64,000 bases of DNA from Escherichia coli (GTDB lineage: Bacteria > Pseudomonadota > Gammaproteobacteria > Enterobacterales > Enterobacteriaceae). Shown here in pieces: positions 22,656-33,329 of this stretch (its first letter is position 1; each line of letters opens with the position of its first letter). The position numbers were made by a program, and so were the translations under genes. Under the pieces are notes generated by a model. The model made no database searches and was not told the DNA's origin. It saw nothing but the letters and a program-made list of their open reading frames with translations. Where the stretch lies: assembly GCF_003018235.1 (NCBI RefSeq), contig NZ_CP027437.1; one strand, given 5' to 3'.

Positions 22656-23186
22656 TTACTGATATTCAAGAGTGAAGGTAGCCGTGGCATTGATATGCCC
22701 CGCAGTGACAGGCACCTGTGTCGCCATTAACCGGGCGTAAAAATTCAGCGTATTTGGTTTACCCAGCGTCAGGGTCGTCCACGAAATCGCGGACGATGGA
22801 GCATTAAGGGGTATTTGATTTTGCTGCTCATTCAGAAGCTGTATTCCCAGTCCCGCAGCCGCTGACACCGTATTTTCAAGTGCAAGCAGGTTGGCATTGT
22901 GGCTATCTGCAACGCCAGTAAACCCAACCTTTACGGCAGAAACGGCGTTACCACAGGGTGACAGCAAAATACGAAATGGAACGACAGGAGTCGTCGCGCC
23001 AATGTTGTTAAATTGCTTCGCCGCGTTTTCCATCAGATCAACAGTAAAATTGGTTGATTCAGCGGCCACACTACAGCCGTTATCTCTGACATAGCCGCGG
23101 ATAGTAATCGTGCTATCCGCAGCCAAAGCGCGACTTACCGCCAGCCACAAAAAAGCGCACAGAAGATAAAAAGGTTTGTTTCTCAT
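22656..23186 (-). CDS. fimF: Type 1 fimbrial minor subunit
   Basis: 176 aa. Synteny within the fim operon. Confidence 0.9.
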   Translation of the reverse strand: MRNKPFYLLCAFLWLAVSRALAADSTITIRGYVRDNGCSVAAESTNFTVDLMENAAKQFNNIGATTPVVPFRILLSPCGNAVSAVKVGFTGVADSHNANLLALENTVSAAAGLGIQLLNEQQNQIPLNAPSSAISWTTLTLGKPNTLNFYARLMATQVPVTAGHINATATFTLEYQ

Positions 23187-23195
23187 CACGCCCCC

Positions 23196-25832
23196 TTAAC
23201 GACATTCAGCTGATAGCTGGGTTAATAACTGCTGCTGACTCTCTGGTGGCAGTTGATAATTGGCGACACAGTGAGCATTTTCCTCTTCTCCCCATTTCAC
23301 CTGAACTTTTCCCGCTAAAGGCATTCCGCTGAGGTAAACCTGACCATTATCCGCAACAATGCCGCTACTCTGGCTACTCTCTGATGTCACCATCGCCCCA
23401 AACGGCAGCGGCTTATTATTGTGGGTTAGCGTCATGAGCAGTTTTATCCCAACGCGCGCTTTAAACTCTGCTCGCACTATCGCCCCACGAGTGGGAACAA
23501 CGTTAGCGACCGCGTTATCTAAATCGACGTTATCAGCCAGGGTATTGGTATCCAGCGCTACTCTGTTTTCCCGATATTCAGTGGCATAAGGCAGCACGGC
23601 ATAACCGCGCCAGTCGGTACGCACCCCCGTCTGGTTTTCGACTTTTGCATCTTTTGCGCCAGGCGCTTTAACAAGCACCACCGTATCGTTTAACGGCTGC
23701 CCCAGCGTTACGCCATTGGCATGAGCCAGTACCCCACCGCTGACTCCATAATAGAGCTGCTTAATATCATCGCTATGGCTGTAACCGATGTTGGCATTGC
23801 CGTAACCACCGCGATAATTCAGCGTGGCGTAGCCTGTGCTTCCGCTATTACCATCGCCTCCCCCGGCATAGCCGGTTTGCACGCTATAGCTGAGGTTGTT
23901 GTCTTCCAGCAACGTACCGTATACACCGGCCAGATTGGTCATCCGACCGTTGAGATCGTGTGACATGCTGTAGCTGGCACTGGCATGTCGCCACTGAGAT
24001 TTACTGTCAGAACGCAGCCAGTGGCTGAAAGGAATATTGACGTTAAGCGCTAACATCTGATCCCGTCCTTTTTGCCAGGCGTTTTTCGTCAGGCTATAGC
24101 TGAGCGTCCAGTTGATATCTTCGAATGCAGTATTTAAACCAGCCTGGAATTGCTCATCGACATTACTCGTTCCCCAATAAGTTTGATGGCTACCACTCAA
24201 ATACAGTGTTGATGTGCGCCCGAGTTGCTGAGTAACGGTGAGTTGTAATTTCCCGCGTTTGTTATAAGCGAGATTGTAATAGTCGGTGAATTTCGGCTTA
24301 ACCTGAATAACACCATCCTGTGTTTCGATGTTGTAGCCATTCATTCGACTGTATGTTGTATCAGCGAAATTAAAATACCCACTGGTCGAATAACGGTAAC
24401 CCACTAACTGAATATTCGTGCCTGATTCATTGAGCGATTTGTTATAGAGAAAACGCACCGATTGTCCGTCATGCTGACTGTCATCGGGAAGTGTGGAATT
24501 AGCCTGCGTCATATCCACAGACAGAGCGCCCAGTGCCCCCATGTTTTTCCCGATACCGAAATTAAAAGCACGATAACGATCCGCCAGTTGCGTTCCACCA
24601 TATATTGTCCAGCCAGCCGGAAGGCCGTGGAGTAATGTACTCTGGAAAAAGCGAGGTTTTTCCTGCTGCGCATTTCCACTACGGTATTCTCCTGCCGTAA
24701 TGGAATAACGAGTATGTCCTTCCCGTTGCAAAAGCGGGACTGACGAATAGGGTACGGTAAAGATCTGCGTGCTGCCGTCAGCCTCTTTAATCGTTACCTG
24801 CAAGTCACCACTATTACCTGCGGCATAGATATCGTTGATGGTAAAAGGCCCCGGTGGCACCGTACTATTATAAATGTCATACCCATTTTGTTTAATAGTG
24901 ACCTGTGCAGTACCACGAGCAATACCGTGGATCACCGGGGCAAATCCTCTTTGGCTATCGGGTAACATATTGTCATCTGAGGCCAATTGTGCGCCGCGAA
25001 AGTTAATACCATCGAAAATATCGCCCTGGGTATAACCATCACCCAGCGTCAGCCGGGAACGTAACGGAATTATGTCTCGCTCAAGCCAGGTATTGATATG
25101 CTGCCATTTATTTTTGCTACCTGATGAACTGTCGCTACTGTTATAACTCCAGGTGGTATTGTCGCGTAAACGCCACGCACCAATATTTAGCCCACTCTGT
25201 AGGTTTAAATATGCATAATGGCTGTTACTACCAATCCGATTCTGTACACTATTTCCGCTGAAATTATAATTGAGCAAGCCGGCATTAATACCGGGATCCC
25301 ACAACTCAGGAGGAATATATCCACGCGCGCGATTACTCATAAATGCCTGAGGGATCGTCAGGTTGAGTCGCTGCTGACCAACATCTAAATGCGCAGTAGC
25401 GTCATGGATCATTGAGGTTAATGGCACGCAGGCATCATCCGCCAGCAGATTCATACCGGAGACAGAAGCCGTATTCAGCCCCATACTGGCAAGTTGCGCG
25501 CGTGTCAGGCAGGGAACAATCCCTTGTTCACTGTCGCCCGTGTTAAATGTGACATCACGCGTTGCCATATAAGCATTATTCAAATAGATATCGACGCGAT
25601 ACGTCCCTGGCGGTAATTCTTGCCCATTTTCAAAACGCGATAAATCGGCCACAGCCTGGGGATCATCCGCTAAAAAGCGCGGATTAAAATAGAGTTCGGC
25701 AGATGACAAAGGTGCCTGTGCGGCAAAAGCACAGGCGACAAAGAGCCGGACAAAAAGACCAGCCAAACGATGCTTACGAACATGCAAGCATTGTGTGTTT
25801 CGCTGGTAAAGTCTTAAATTCAGATATGACAT
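23196..25832 (-). CDS. fimD: Outer membrane usher
   Basis: 878-aa usher family protein. Confidence 0.95.
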   Translation of the reverse strand: MSYLNLRLYQRNTQCLHVRKHRLAGLFVRLFVACAFAAQAPLSSAELYFNPRFLADDPQAVADLSRFENGQELPPGTYRVDIYLNNAYMATRDVTFNTGDSEQGIVPCLTRAQLASMGLNTASVSGMNLLADDACVPLTSMIHDATAHLDVGQQRLNLTIPQAFMSNRARGYIPPELWDPGINAGLLNYNFSGNSVQNRIGSNSHYAYLNLQSGLNIGAWRLRDNTTWSYNSSDSSSGSKNKWQHINTWLERDIIPLRSRLTLGDGYTQGDIFDGINFRGAQLASDDNMLPDSQRGFAPVIHGIARGTAQVTIKQNGYDIYNSTVPPGPFTINDIYAAGNSGDLQVTIKEADGSTQIFTVPYSSVPLLQREGHTRYSITAGEYRSGNAQQEKPRFFQSTLLHGLPAGWTIYGGTQLADRYRAFNFGIGKNMGALGALSVDMTQANSTLPDDSQHDGQSVRFLYNKSLNESGTNIQLVGYRYSTSGYFNFADTTYSRMNGYNIETQDGVIQVKPKFTDYYNLAYNKRGKLQLTVTQQLGRTSTLYLSGSHQTYWGTSNVDEQFQAGLNTAFEDINWTLSYSLTKNAWQKGRDQMLALNVNIPFSHWLRSDSKSQWRHASASYSMSHDLNGRMTNLAGVYGTLLEDNNLSYSVQTGYAGGGDGNSGSTGYATLNYRGGYGNANIGYSHSDDIKQLYYGVSGGVLAHANGVTLGQPLNDTVVLVKAPGAKDAKVENQTGVRTDWRGYAVLPYATEYRENRVALDTNTLADNVDLDNAVANVVPTRGAIVRAEFKARVGIKLLMTLTHNNKPLPFGAMVTSESSQSSGIVADNGQVYLSGMPLAGKVQVKWGEEENAHCVANYQLPPESQQQLLTQLSAECR

Positions 25833-25898
25833 TATTCCTCCGGTTTAAAATCACCCGGCAGTCAATTCTTTTTATTCAGGCGAAAAATTCCCCCTGCG

Positions 25899-26624
25899 TT
25901 ATTCCATTACGCCTGTCATTTTGGGGGTAAGTGCGCCATAATCATTTATTGTTCGGTAAGTAATATTGCTTCCTGCATCAGAAGGCAATTTAACCGTGCT
26001 TTCGCCCATTGGAGGCACCAATGCATTTTCAAGAACCCGGGTTCCGGCATTCAACTCTGTTACCGTCAGGTAATAGGGTGTCGGGTTAATCAGCGTCAGA
26101 GAATTCGCGCTACGACGAAATCTTAATTTTTCTGCGGCCTGATCGGGTGGCAACGCTAATTTAGCCGGGCGATAGTACAGTTTAATGCGGCTGATAATTG
26201 CGAGCTGTAGCGTATTCTCAGTCAATTTTGATTTATCCATTGACGGAATCGCTTTAACGTTCATCCAGAATAAACTTTCCCGATCCTGTGGCAATTGGTT
26301 ATTTGTTGCATCAAGAATACGCAAGGTATTCTCTTTTTTTCCCTTCATCGCAAACAGAGGAGGCGTCACGATAAAACGACCATCCTTTACACCATCGGCA
26401 TTTTCCACCCATGATTGAATTAAATAGGTGCTATTTTCATCATTATTTGTCACGGCAAGTTGCACTTGTTTTTGCCCTGCCGGATAAATTACGCGAGTCG
26501 CACCTAAGGCCACTCCCGCTTCAGCGCGTCCGGCAACCATCATTGCCATGAACATCAGGATACCTGCCAGCAAGCAGAATGTTATTTCCTGCGATTTCCT
26601 TACATTGACGTTTTTATTACTCAC
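25899..26624 (-). CDS. fimC: Periplasmic chaperone
   Basis: 241-aa PapD-like chaperone. Confidence 0.95.
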   Translation of the reverse strand: MSNKNVNVRKSQEITFCLLAGILMFMAMMVAGRAEAGVALGATRVIYPAGQKQVQLAVTNNDENSTYLIQSWVENADGVKDGRFIVTPPLFAMKGKKENTLRILDATNNQLPQDRESLFWMNVKAIPSMDKSKLTENTLQLAIISRIKLYYRPAKLALPPDQAAEKLRFRRSANSLTLINPTPYYLTVTELNAGTRVLENALVPPMGESTVKLPSDAGSNITYRTINDYGALTPKMTGVME

Positions 26625-26660
26625 TGTCCTGTTCCTGTTATCACATTATCTGCTGAACAA

Positions 26661-27200
26661 TTACTGATAGGTTAAAGAGAACCAGGCCTGGGCATTGGCG
26701 ATGCCGCCAGTAACCCGACGCCCGGTAGCACGATATTTGGCGATGAAATGTAGCGAAGTAGAGCCTGAGTAAAGCCGTTTCCAGTTTGCTGGAGGACGAT
26801 TAATCGGTACGAGGTTTCCTTCATCATCAAATAACGCTACGCCAATATTTGTGGCTATCCCTGGCCCCTCTCCCACGGAAAGCACATCCGGATTTTTACC
26901 ATCCGCGACACCGTGAAACGCCACACCCACACGTTCACTCACCACCGTGCTACATTCCCGTAAATGAATAACAAAAGGCACCGGTGCGCTATCTTCCCCT
27001 ACCGCATGAAACCGGTTACTGCTGATTTGCCCCATATTGACCGTCATTTGTTTATCACCAGCTTCAACTCGGCAAGTTTCCGCAATAATGACGCCCTGAA
27101 ATTGCATATTTCCGCCGGGCAGCGTGGTATTCCATTTATTTCCGGCCAGAGCAAACATTGGCAGCAACGACGCTAATAGAAATAATCTCTTCCTTTTCAT
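26661..27200 (-). CDS. fimI: Fimbrin-like protein FimI
   Basis: 179 aa from [13 protein letters not shown]. The reading frame stays open upstream to 27332, overlapping the fimA 3' end. Confidence 0.8.
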   Translation of the reverse strand: MKRKRLFLLASLLPMFALAGNKWNTTLPGGNMQFQGVIIAETCRVEAGDKQMTVNMGQISSNRFHAVGEDSAPVPFVIHLRECSTVVSERVGVAFHGVADGKNPDVLSVGEGPGIATNIGVALFDDEGNLVPINRPPANWKRLYSGSTSLHFIAKYRATGRRVTGGIANAQAWFSLTYQ

Positions 27201-27264
27201 CGTTATTTTTATCGCACAAGGGTGGGCATCCCTGCCCGTAATGACGTCCCTGAACCTGGGTAGG

Positions 27265-27813
27265 TTATTGATACTGAACCTTGAAGGTCGCATCCGCATT
27301 AGCTGCGCCAGGGGTTGCGGCACCGGTTGCAAAATAACGCGCCTGGAACGGAATGGTGTTGGTTCCGTTATTCAGGGTTGTTTCTGAACTAAATGTCGCA
27401 CCGTCCAGCGCCAGCGCAGCACCCGTTCTGTCCAGGATCTGCACACCAACGTTTGTTGCGCTACCCGCAGCTGAACTCTGCAGAGCCAGTACATCAGTAT
27501 GCGTAGCATCAATTGCCGTACCTAAGAAGGCAACAGCGGCTTTTGTGGCAACAGTGGTATCGCAATCATTCAGCTGAATGTTAAAACCAACGGCAGAGCT
27601 GGTTGCTCCAGCCTGCTTCAGGCTAGCGGTACGAACCTGCCCTAACTGAACGGTTTGATCAGCAGAGCCTGCATCAACTGCGCAAGCGGCGTTAACAACT
27701 TCCCCTTTAAAGTGAACGGTCCCACCATTTACCGTCGTAGTATCAGCCAGAGCCGCTGCGGAACTGAGGGACAGAGCCGACAGAACAACGATTGCCAGAG
27801 TTTTAATTTTCAT
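27265..27813 (-). CDS. fimA: Type 1 fimbrial major subunit
   Basis: 182 aa from [23 protein letters not shown]. Confidence 0.95.
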   Translation of the reverse strand: MKIKTLAIVVLSALSLSSAAALADTTTVNGGTVHFKGEVVNAACAVDAGSADQTVQLGQVRTASLKQAGATSSAVGFNIQLNDCDTTVATKAAVAFLGTAIDATHTDVLALQSSAAGSATNVGVQILDRTGAALALDGATFSSETTLNNGTNTIPFQARYFATGAATPGAANADATFKVQYQ

Positions 27814-27932
27814 GCTGCTTTCCTTTAAAAAAACTATTTCTAAATCGACATGGGCAGTCGTTCTGTACACTTTGTTTTGTCAACGAGTTTGACTGCCAAC
27901 ACTGCACAGTTTTCCCCCAAAAGATGAAACAT

Positions 27933-28246
27933 TTGGGGCCATTTTGACTCATAGAGGAAAGCATCGCGCACAAACTTTTTCAGTTTATTTGTTGGCTTAA
28001 TATTCTATTGTTATCTTTATTTATAGATTTTTATATTGCATGAGGTGGTTTTTGGAGAGAAGAATGAGGAAGATGCGTCGAGCCACAGAAACGTTAGCTT
28101 TACATTTGGCGGAGGTGATGTGAAATTAATTTACAAGAGAAATAATTTACATATCAAACAGTTAGATGCTTTTTATCGTTTTTTAATATTTTTATGCTTG
28201 AGAAAAAATACGTAACTTATTTATGATATGGACAGTTTGGCCCCAA
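27933..28246. promoter_or_regulatory. fimS: fimS invertible phase switch (314 bp) flanked by 9-bp inverted repeats TTGGGGCCA; carries the fimA promoter
   Basis: TTGGGGCCA at 27933-27941 and its reverse complement TGGCCCCAA at 28238-28246, between fimE and fimA. Best sigma70-like promoter inside the element is TTGAGA-18bp-TATGAT on the plus strand at 28198-28227, pointing toward fimE. Confidence 0.85.
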
Positions 28247-28293
28247 TTGTCTTGTATTTATTTGTTTTTTAACTTTATTATCAATAAGTTAAA

Positions 28294-28890
28294 TCAAACC
28301 TCTTCTCTTTTTAATTTTTCGTTTATGAGATTATTTCTTTCCCATAATCCGGCAAAACGAGCAGCATTACTGGCGGTATAACGTACAGTATGGCGAATAT
28401 TTCGATGCCCGAGATAATCCTGAATTAAACGGGTATCAGCACCACGCTCCGCCAGTTCATAACCGCAAGCATGCCTTAACATATGAGGATGAGTCTGCGT
28501 TACGGTTCCAGCTTCAATACCGGCATCGCGAATAATGCGATAGGCCTGCTGGCGAGAAAGTCGACTCCCGCGGCGAGAAATAAATATGGCGTCGGTCCGG
28601 TCAGCGCCTTTCCAGTTAGCACGTTCCTGGGTCCAGCGTTCCACGGCTTCACGCTCATCAAAACGTAACGGGTGAACGGTAGAAAATCCGTTCTTCAGTC
28701 GGCGAATATTTATTCGACCTTCATTAAGGTCAAGATCCTGATAATGCAGATCAAGCAGTTCACTAATACGCATCCCATGCCGATATGCCAACAGAATAAG
28801 ACAATAATCTCTGGCTCCCGTTGCCCCGTAACAAACCGCCTGCATCATGGCCTGAACTTCTTTACCGGTAAGATAACGACGTTTACTCAC
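28294..28890 (-). CDS. fimE: Tyrosine recombinase FimE (fim switch ON-to-OFF)
   Basis: 198-aa ORF with a tyrosine recombinase C-terminal catalytic region (HPHMLRHACGYELAERG, LGHRNIRHTVRYT). Confidence 0.9.
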   Translation of the reverse strand: MSKRRYLTGKEVQAMMQAVCYGATGARDYCLILLAYRHGMRISELLDLHYQDLDLNEGRINIRRLKNGFSTVHPLRFDEREAVERWTQERANWKGADRTDAIFISRRGSRLSRQQAYRIIRDAGIEAGTVTQTHPHMLRHACGYELAERGADTRLIQDYLGHRNIRHTVRYTASNAARFAGLWERNNLINEKLKREEV

Positions 28891-29367
28891 AATAGTAGTA
28901 CTCCTGACTGAGATATATTTGAATGAATACCTATAGGAAACCTCAATCGGTCAAAATTAGCCCAATAGATAAAAAGATAACCACACACGAAGTGATGTGG
29001 CTATCAGTCAATTACATTAAATATCATACAAAAATAAAATATCACTGATGTGACAACATCTATTTTCATTGATTTGATTCAATATAACAATAGATTGCAG
29101 TAGATTAACTTCCAGTTGCTTAAAAAATAAAGAAAAAAGTATGAAAACAGGCGAATTTAAGTGATGTGTAAATTTATGAATGATTTTGTTTATTTATTTT
29201 GAAGAATATAAGCCATTGTATTTTGTATGGATATGGTTAACTTAATGTTTATTATGATAATTAAGAATCACACTTACAATAACATCAATTAATAAATGGT
29301 TAATCATTTTTGATATATCGTAAGAATAATGTAGTTTTTAACACCATCCCTGGTATCTCAACTATCT

Positions 29368-29970
29368 CTATAAAACAGCGTGACGCTGTCGTCCTCTGGC
29401 TCTATCCCAGATGCCGTAAAAACGCCCTGCATTGCTGGCGGTATACCAGACAGTATGACGAATATTGCGATGCCCAAGATAATCCTGGATAAGTCGCGTA
29501 TCTATTCCCATATTCGCCAAAGCAAAACCACACGAATGGCGTAACATGTGCGGATGAATCTCCAGTGACAACCCGGCATTACCACCAGAAGTCGAGATAA
29601 TATGGTAAAACTGTTGCCGAGAAAGCGGATTCCCCTTACGTGATAAAAATACCCACTCGCTCTCAGCATGCGGATAAGAAGTACGGATACTCAACCAGTT
29701 TTTTAAAGCCTGAACTTCTTTGTTCAATAGCGGGTGCGTTGTTGAAAAGCCTTTTTTTAATCGATGGATATATATACACTTTGCCTTAAGATCAATATCC
29801 GAAATCCTCAATCGACAAATTTCACTCGCCCGGAAACCATGAATAAAACAAAGCAAAGTCAGACAATAATTACGTGCTGCATGAGGCCCGGTATTTGCTG
29901 CTTTAAGGAGTGATTCGATTTCACTATGGGTCAGGAAGTTCCTTTTTTTGTTATCAGCCTTATTCTTCAT
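29368..29970 (-). CDS. fimB: Tyrosine recombinase FimB (bidirectional fim switch)
   Basis: 200 aa from MKNKADNKKRNFLTHSEIESLL. Paralogue of FimE. Confidence 0.9.
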   Translation of the reverse strand: MKNKADNKKRNFLTHSEIESLLKAANTGPHAARNYCLTLLCFIHGFRASEICRLRISDIDLKAKCIYIHRLKKGFSTTHPLLNKEVQALKNWLSIRTSYPHAESEWVFLSRKGNPLSRQQFYHIISTSGGNAGLSLEIHPHMLRHSCGFALANMGIDTRLIQDYLGHRNIRHTVWYTASNAGRFYGIWDRARGRQRHAVL

Positions 29971-30984
29971 CGTTTTTCCCTTATAATTACAGACGCGCAC
30001 TAGCTGTGCTGGGTTAGCAATAATCCAACATTTTAATCCTGATTATGTTTATAAAAGCGAACGTTTGCTTAATAACTAACGTAAGTGGACCAGTTCTTCT
30101 GAGCGAACTTAAATGGAGTAGCGATAGTTACTTATAATAACTTTGCCATACAAACGCCATGCTCTTGCATGCTATGTACCTTTATATATTTATCAATCTG
30201 ATACGAATCTAATAATAACCCTCATCATTAATGCAACTAATCTTATCTATATATCATGTGATATGTTCTGTAACAAGTAAAATCAACATAAAAAATTCAG
30301 CAAAATTTAATATTCGTTCAACTAGCCGTCTCACATATGACATTATTAGTCAACTGCATTTGCCACAAAATGGCTATTTCATGGAACGCAGTAATTTCTT
30401 AGTGGCTATTATCATGCTAATTCTTAGATCCCTAGCGATTATTCCTGCCTGGTTCGTCAGCTTAGGCCATGAGATTGTTACATTCCTTTTTATCCTGGAG
30501 ATATGGGGGAACGCAGGCGACGCTTTTTCATCTACATCCGTTGGTAAATATGGCTTTGGTCACTACGACTTAAACCTTCCTCAATCACAGCTATTCGCCG
30601 GGCGATACGGCAAACAAACTAAGTGAAACATCATTCTGAAAACACCAACATCAACAAGCCTCTCCAGATCGACATCAGGAGTGACCAGTTACAAGACACA
30701 AACCAAGAAACATATTTCATGATGAGAATTATGCTCAGCCTGATGGCGGGTAAACACTTATTTTCACCAAGCTCACTGAGTTAGCTTGCAAAGCTTTCTT
30801 TGTTTAGATTCTAAATAAATTTTTTATAAAACATATAGTTAGAAGAAAATCTTTAGTTTTTGAAGACCACCGCAAGTGTTCGTCTGGCTTCACATGGCAT
30901 CTGCCTCTTAGAAAAAGATCGACATATTTTGTGACACGAATTGCAAATCTGGTTTTGTTGTATGGATTGCGTGATTTTTGATCT

Positions 30985-31006
30985 GGTATAACAGGTATAA
31001 AGGTGC
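30985..31006. promoter_or_regulatory. NanR operator (GGTATA direct repeats) in the nanC promoter region
   Basis: ctGGTATAacaGGTATAaaGGTGca is a GGTATA-repeat operator like that of the nan regulon. It lies in the 1.45-kb fimB-nanC divergent intergenic region. Confidence 0.6.
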
Positions 31007-31422
31007 ACCACGATAGTCAATGAGACTGGGCATCTCGTAATCTATGGCAAACATCACTTCAGTTCTTTCACATCGGGTGATGAAAATGCACTTCAGTCTG
31101 AAAGGAATATGAAAATGAGATCAACAGACACTCTATTTTATGACTCTGGGTAAAATGGATTGAGTAAGTGATATAGCTTACGAACATTCAAATCAATTAA
31201 ACATCAGAAGAGATTTTATACTCAGGTATTTAATCTGGATCTCTGTTTATTTAAATAATGTGAAAAGAGAATTTTCACAGGAGACCTTATACAAAAAATA
31301 TAAAATAAGCTACCCGTTGCCAAAGACACTATAAGCCTGGCAAAAAATATTACACAACATAAATGCTAATTGTTTATGCGGGCTTTGTATTGCTTTCTGT
31401 ATCCTACAAATGAGTGAAATTT

Positions 31423-32139
31423 ATGAAAAAGGCTAAAATACTTTCTGGCGTATTATTACTGTGCTTTTCGTCACCATTAATTTCTCAGGCTGCGACACTG
31501 GACGTACGTGGTGGATATCGTAGCGGAAGCCATGCCTATGAGACTCGACTCAAAGTCAGTGAGGGATGGCAAAATGGATGGTGGGCAAGCATGGAAAGTA
31601 ATACCTGGAATACCATTCATGATAATAAAAAGGAAAATGCCGCACTCAATGATGTTCAGGTTGAAGTTAATTACGCGATTAAACTTGATGATCAATGGAC
31701 GGTGCGCCCGGGAATGTTAACGCATTTTAGCAGCAACGGTACACGCTACGGACCCTACGTAAAACTGTCCTGGGACGCGACAAAAGATCTTAATTTTGGC
31801 ATTCGCTATCGTTACGACTGGAAAGCTTACCGACAACAAGACTTATCCGGTGATATGTCTCGTGATAACGTTCATCGTTGGGATGGATATGTCACTTACC
31901 ATATTAATAGTGATTTCACCTTCGCATGGCAAACGACGCTATACAGCAAACAGAACGATTATCGCTATGCAAACCATAAGAAATGGGCGACGGAAAATGC
32001 ATTTGTTCTACAATACCATATGACGCCCGATATTACGCCATACATAGAATATGACTACCTTGACCGTCAGGGTGTTTACAACGGCAGAGATAATTTATCG
32101 GAAAACAGTTATCGCATTGGTGTGTCATTTAAACTGTAG
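31423..32139 (+). CDS. nanC: N-acetylneuraminic acid outer-membrane channel (KdgM family)
   Basis: 238 aa from MKKAKILSGVLLLCFSSPLISQA. The track ORF begins at an upstream GTG. Confidence 0.85.
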   Translation: MKKAKILSGVLLLCFSSPLISQAATLDVRGGYRSGSHAYETRLKVSEGWQNGWWASMESNTWNTIHDNKKENAALNDVQVEVNYAIKLDDQWTVRPGMLTHFSSNGTRYGPYVKLSWDATKDLNFGIRYRYDWKAYRQQDLSGDMSRDNVHRWDGYVTYHINSDFTFAWQTTLYSKQNDYRYANHKKWATENAFVLQYHMTPDITPYIEYDYLDRQGVYNGRDNLSENSYRIGVSFKL

Positions 32140-32158
32140 TAGACAGGAGACAGTCACA

Positions 32159-33265
32159 ATGAATAAAACAATAACGGCGCTTGCTATCATAATGGCTTCA
32201 TTTGCCGCAAACGCGTCTGTATTACCGGAAACTCCTGTGCCATTTAAAAGTGGTACCGGAGCAATTGATAACGACACTGTCTACATTGGTTTAGGTAGCG
32301 CAGGTACAGCATGGTACAAGCTGGATACACAGGCCAAAGATAAAAAATGGACAGCGTTAGCTGCATTCCCTGGTGGGCCGAGAGATCAAGCAACCTCTGC
32401 ATTTATTGATGGTAATCTGTATGTGTTTGGCGGCATTGGCAAAAACAGCGAGGGCTTGACTCAGGTATTTAATGACGTACACAAATACAACCCCAAAACC
32501 AATAGCTGGGTTAAATTGATGTCGCACGCGCCGATGGGCATGGCGGGCCATGTGACTTTTGTACACAACGGCAAGGCTTATGTTACTGGCGGTGTTAACC
32601 AGAATATCTTCAATGGCTATTTTGAAGATCTCAACGAGGCTGGAAAAGATTCAACCGCTATAGATAAAATCAACGCCCACTATTTTGACAAAAAAGCAGA
32701 AGATTATTTCTTCAATAAGTTTCTGTTGTCTTTTGATCCCTCAACACAGCAATGGAGTTACGCTGGCGAATCTCCCTGGTACGGAACGGCTGGTGCGGCG
32801 GTTGTGAATAAAGGTGATAAAACCTGGCTTATTAATGGCGAAGCCAAACCAGGATTGCGAACGGATGCCGTATTTGAACTTGATTTCACCGGTAATAATT
32901 TAAAATGGAATAAGCTTGCTCCCGTCTCATCACCAGATGGCGTCGCTGGCGGTTTTGCAGGCATGAGCAATGACTCACTGATATTTGCCGGAGGGGCCGG
33001 ATTCAAAGGGTCACGGGAAAATTACCAAAACGGTAAGAACTATGCGCATGAAGGCCTGAAAAAATCATATAGCACTGATATTCATCTTTGGCATAACGGG
33101 AAATGGGATAAATCTGGTGAATTATCGCAAGGTCGGGCCTACGGAGTATCATTGCCCTGGAATAATAGTTTATTAATTATTGGCGGTGAAACTGCAGGCG
33201 GCAAAGCGGTGACGGATTCAGTTTTAATTTCTGTGAAGGATAATAAAGTCACAGTACAAAACTAA
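32159..33265 (+). CDS. nanM: N-acetylneuraminate mutarotase (Kelch-repeat beta-propeller)
   Basis: 368 aa from MNKTITALAIIMASFAANA, with repeated Kelch-like G(G)xxY motifs. Confidence 0.85.
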   Translation: MNKTITALAIIMASFAANASVLPETPVPFKSGTGAIDNDTVYIGLGSAGTAWYKLDTQAKDKKWTALAAFPGGPRDQATSAFIDGNLYVFGGIGKNSEGLTQVFNDVHKYNPKTNSWVKLMSHAPMGMAGHVTFVHNGKAYVTGGVNQNIFNGYFEDLNEAGKDSTAIDKINAHYFDKKAEDYFFNKFLLSFDPSTQQWSYAGESPWYGTAGAAVVNKGDKTWLINGEAKPGLRTDAVFELDFTGNNLKWNKLAPVSSPDGVAGGFAGMSNDSLIFAGGAGFKGSRENYQNGKNYAHEGLKKSYSTDIHLWHNGKWDKSGELSQGRAYGVSLPWNNSLLIIGGETAGGKAVTDSVLISVKDNKVTVQN

Positions 33266-33329
33266 CGCTTCAGGGTCCCAGTAAAGGGGCCCTGCTATCA
33301 ATTTGTCATTTGTATTACGCGAAAATTAT

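Noticed and set aside
30231-30626. 131-aa ORF in the fimB-nanC intergenic region
   Set aside because: It lies in a known long regulatory region, is AT-rich and has no ribosome-binding site or recognisable domain. Probably spurious.
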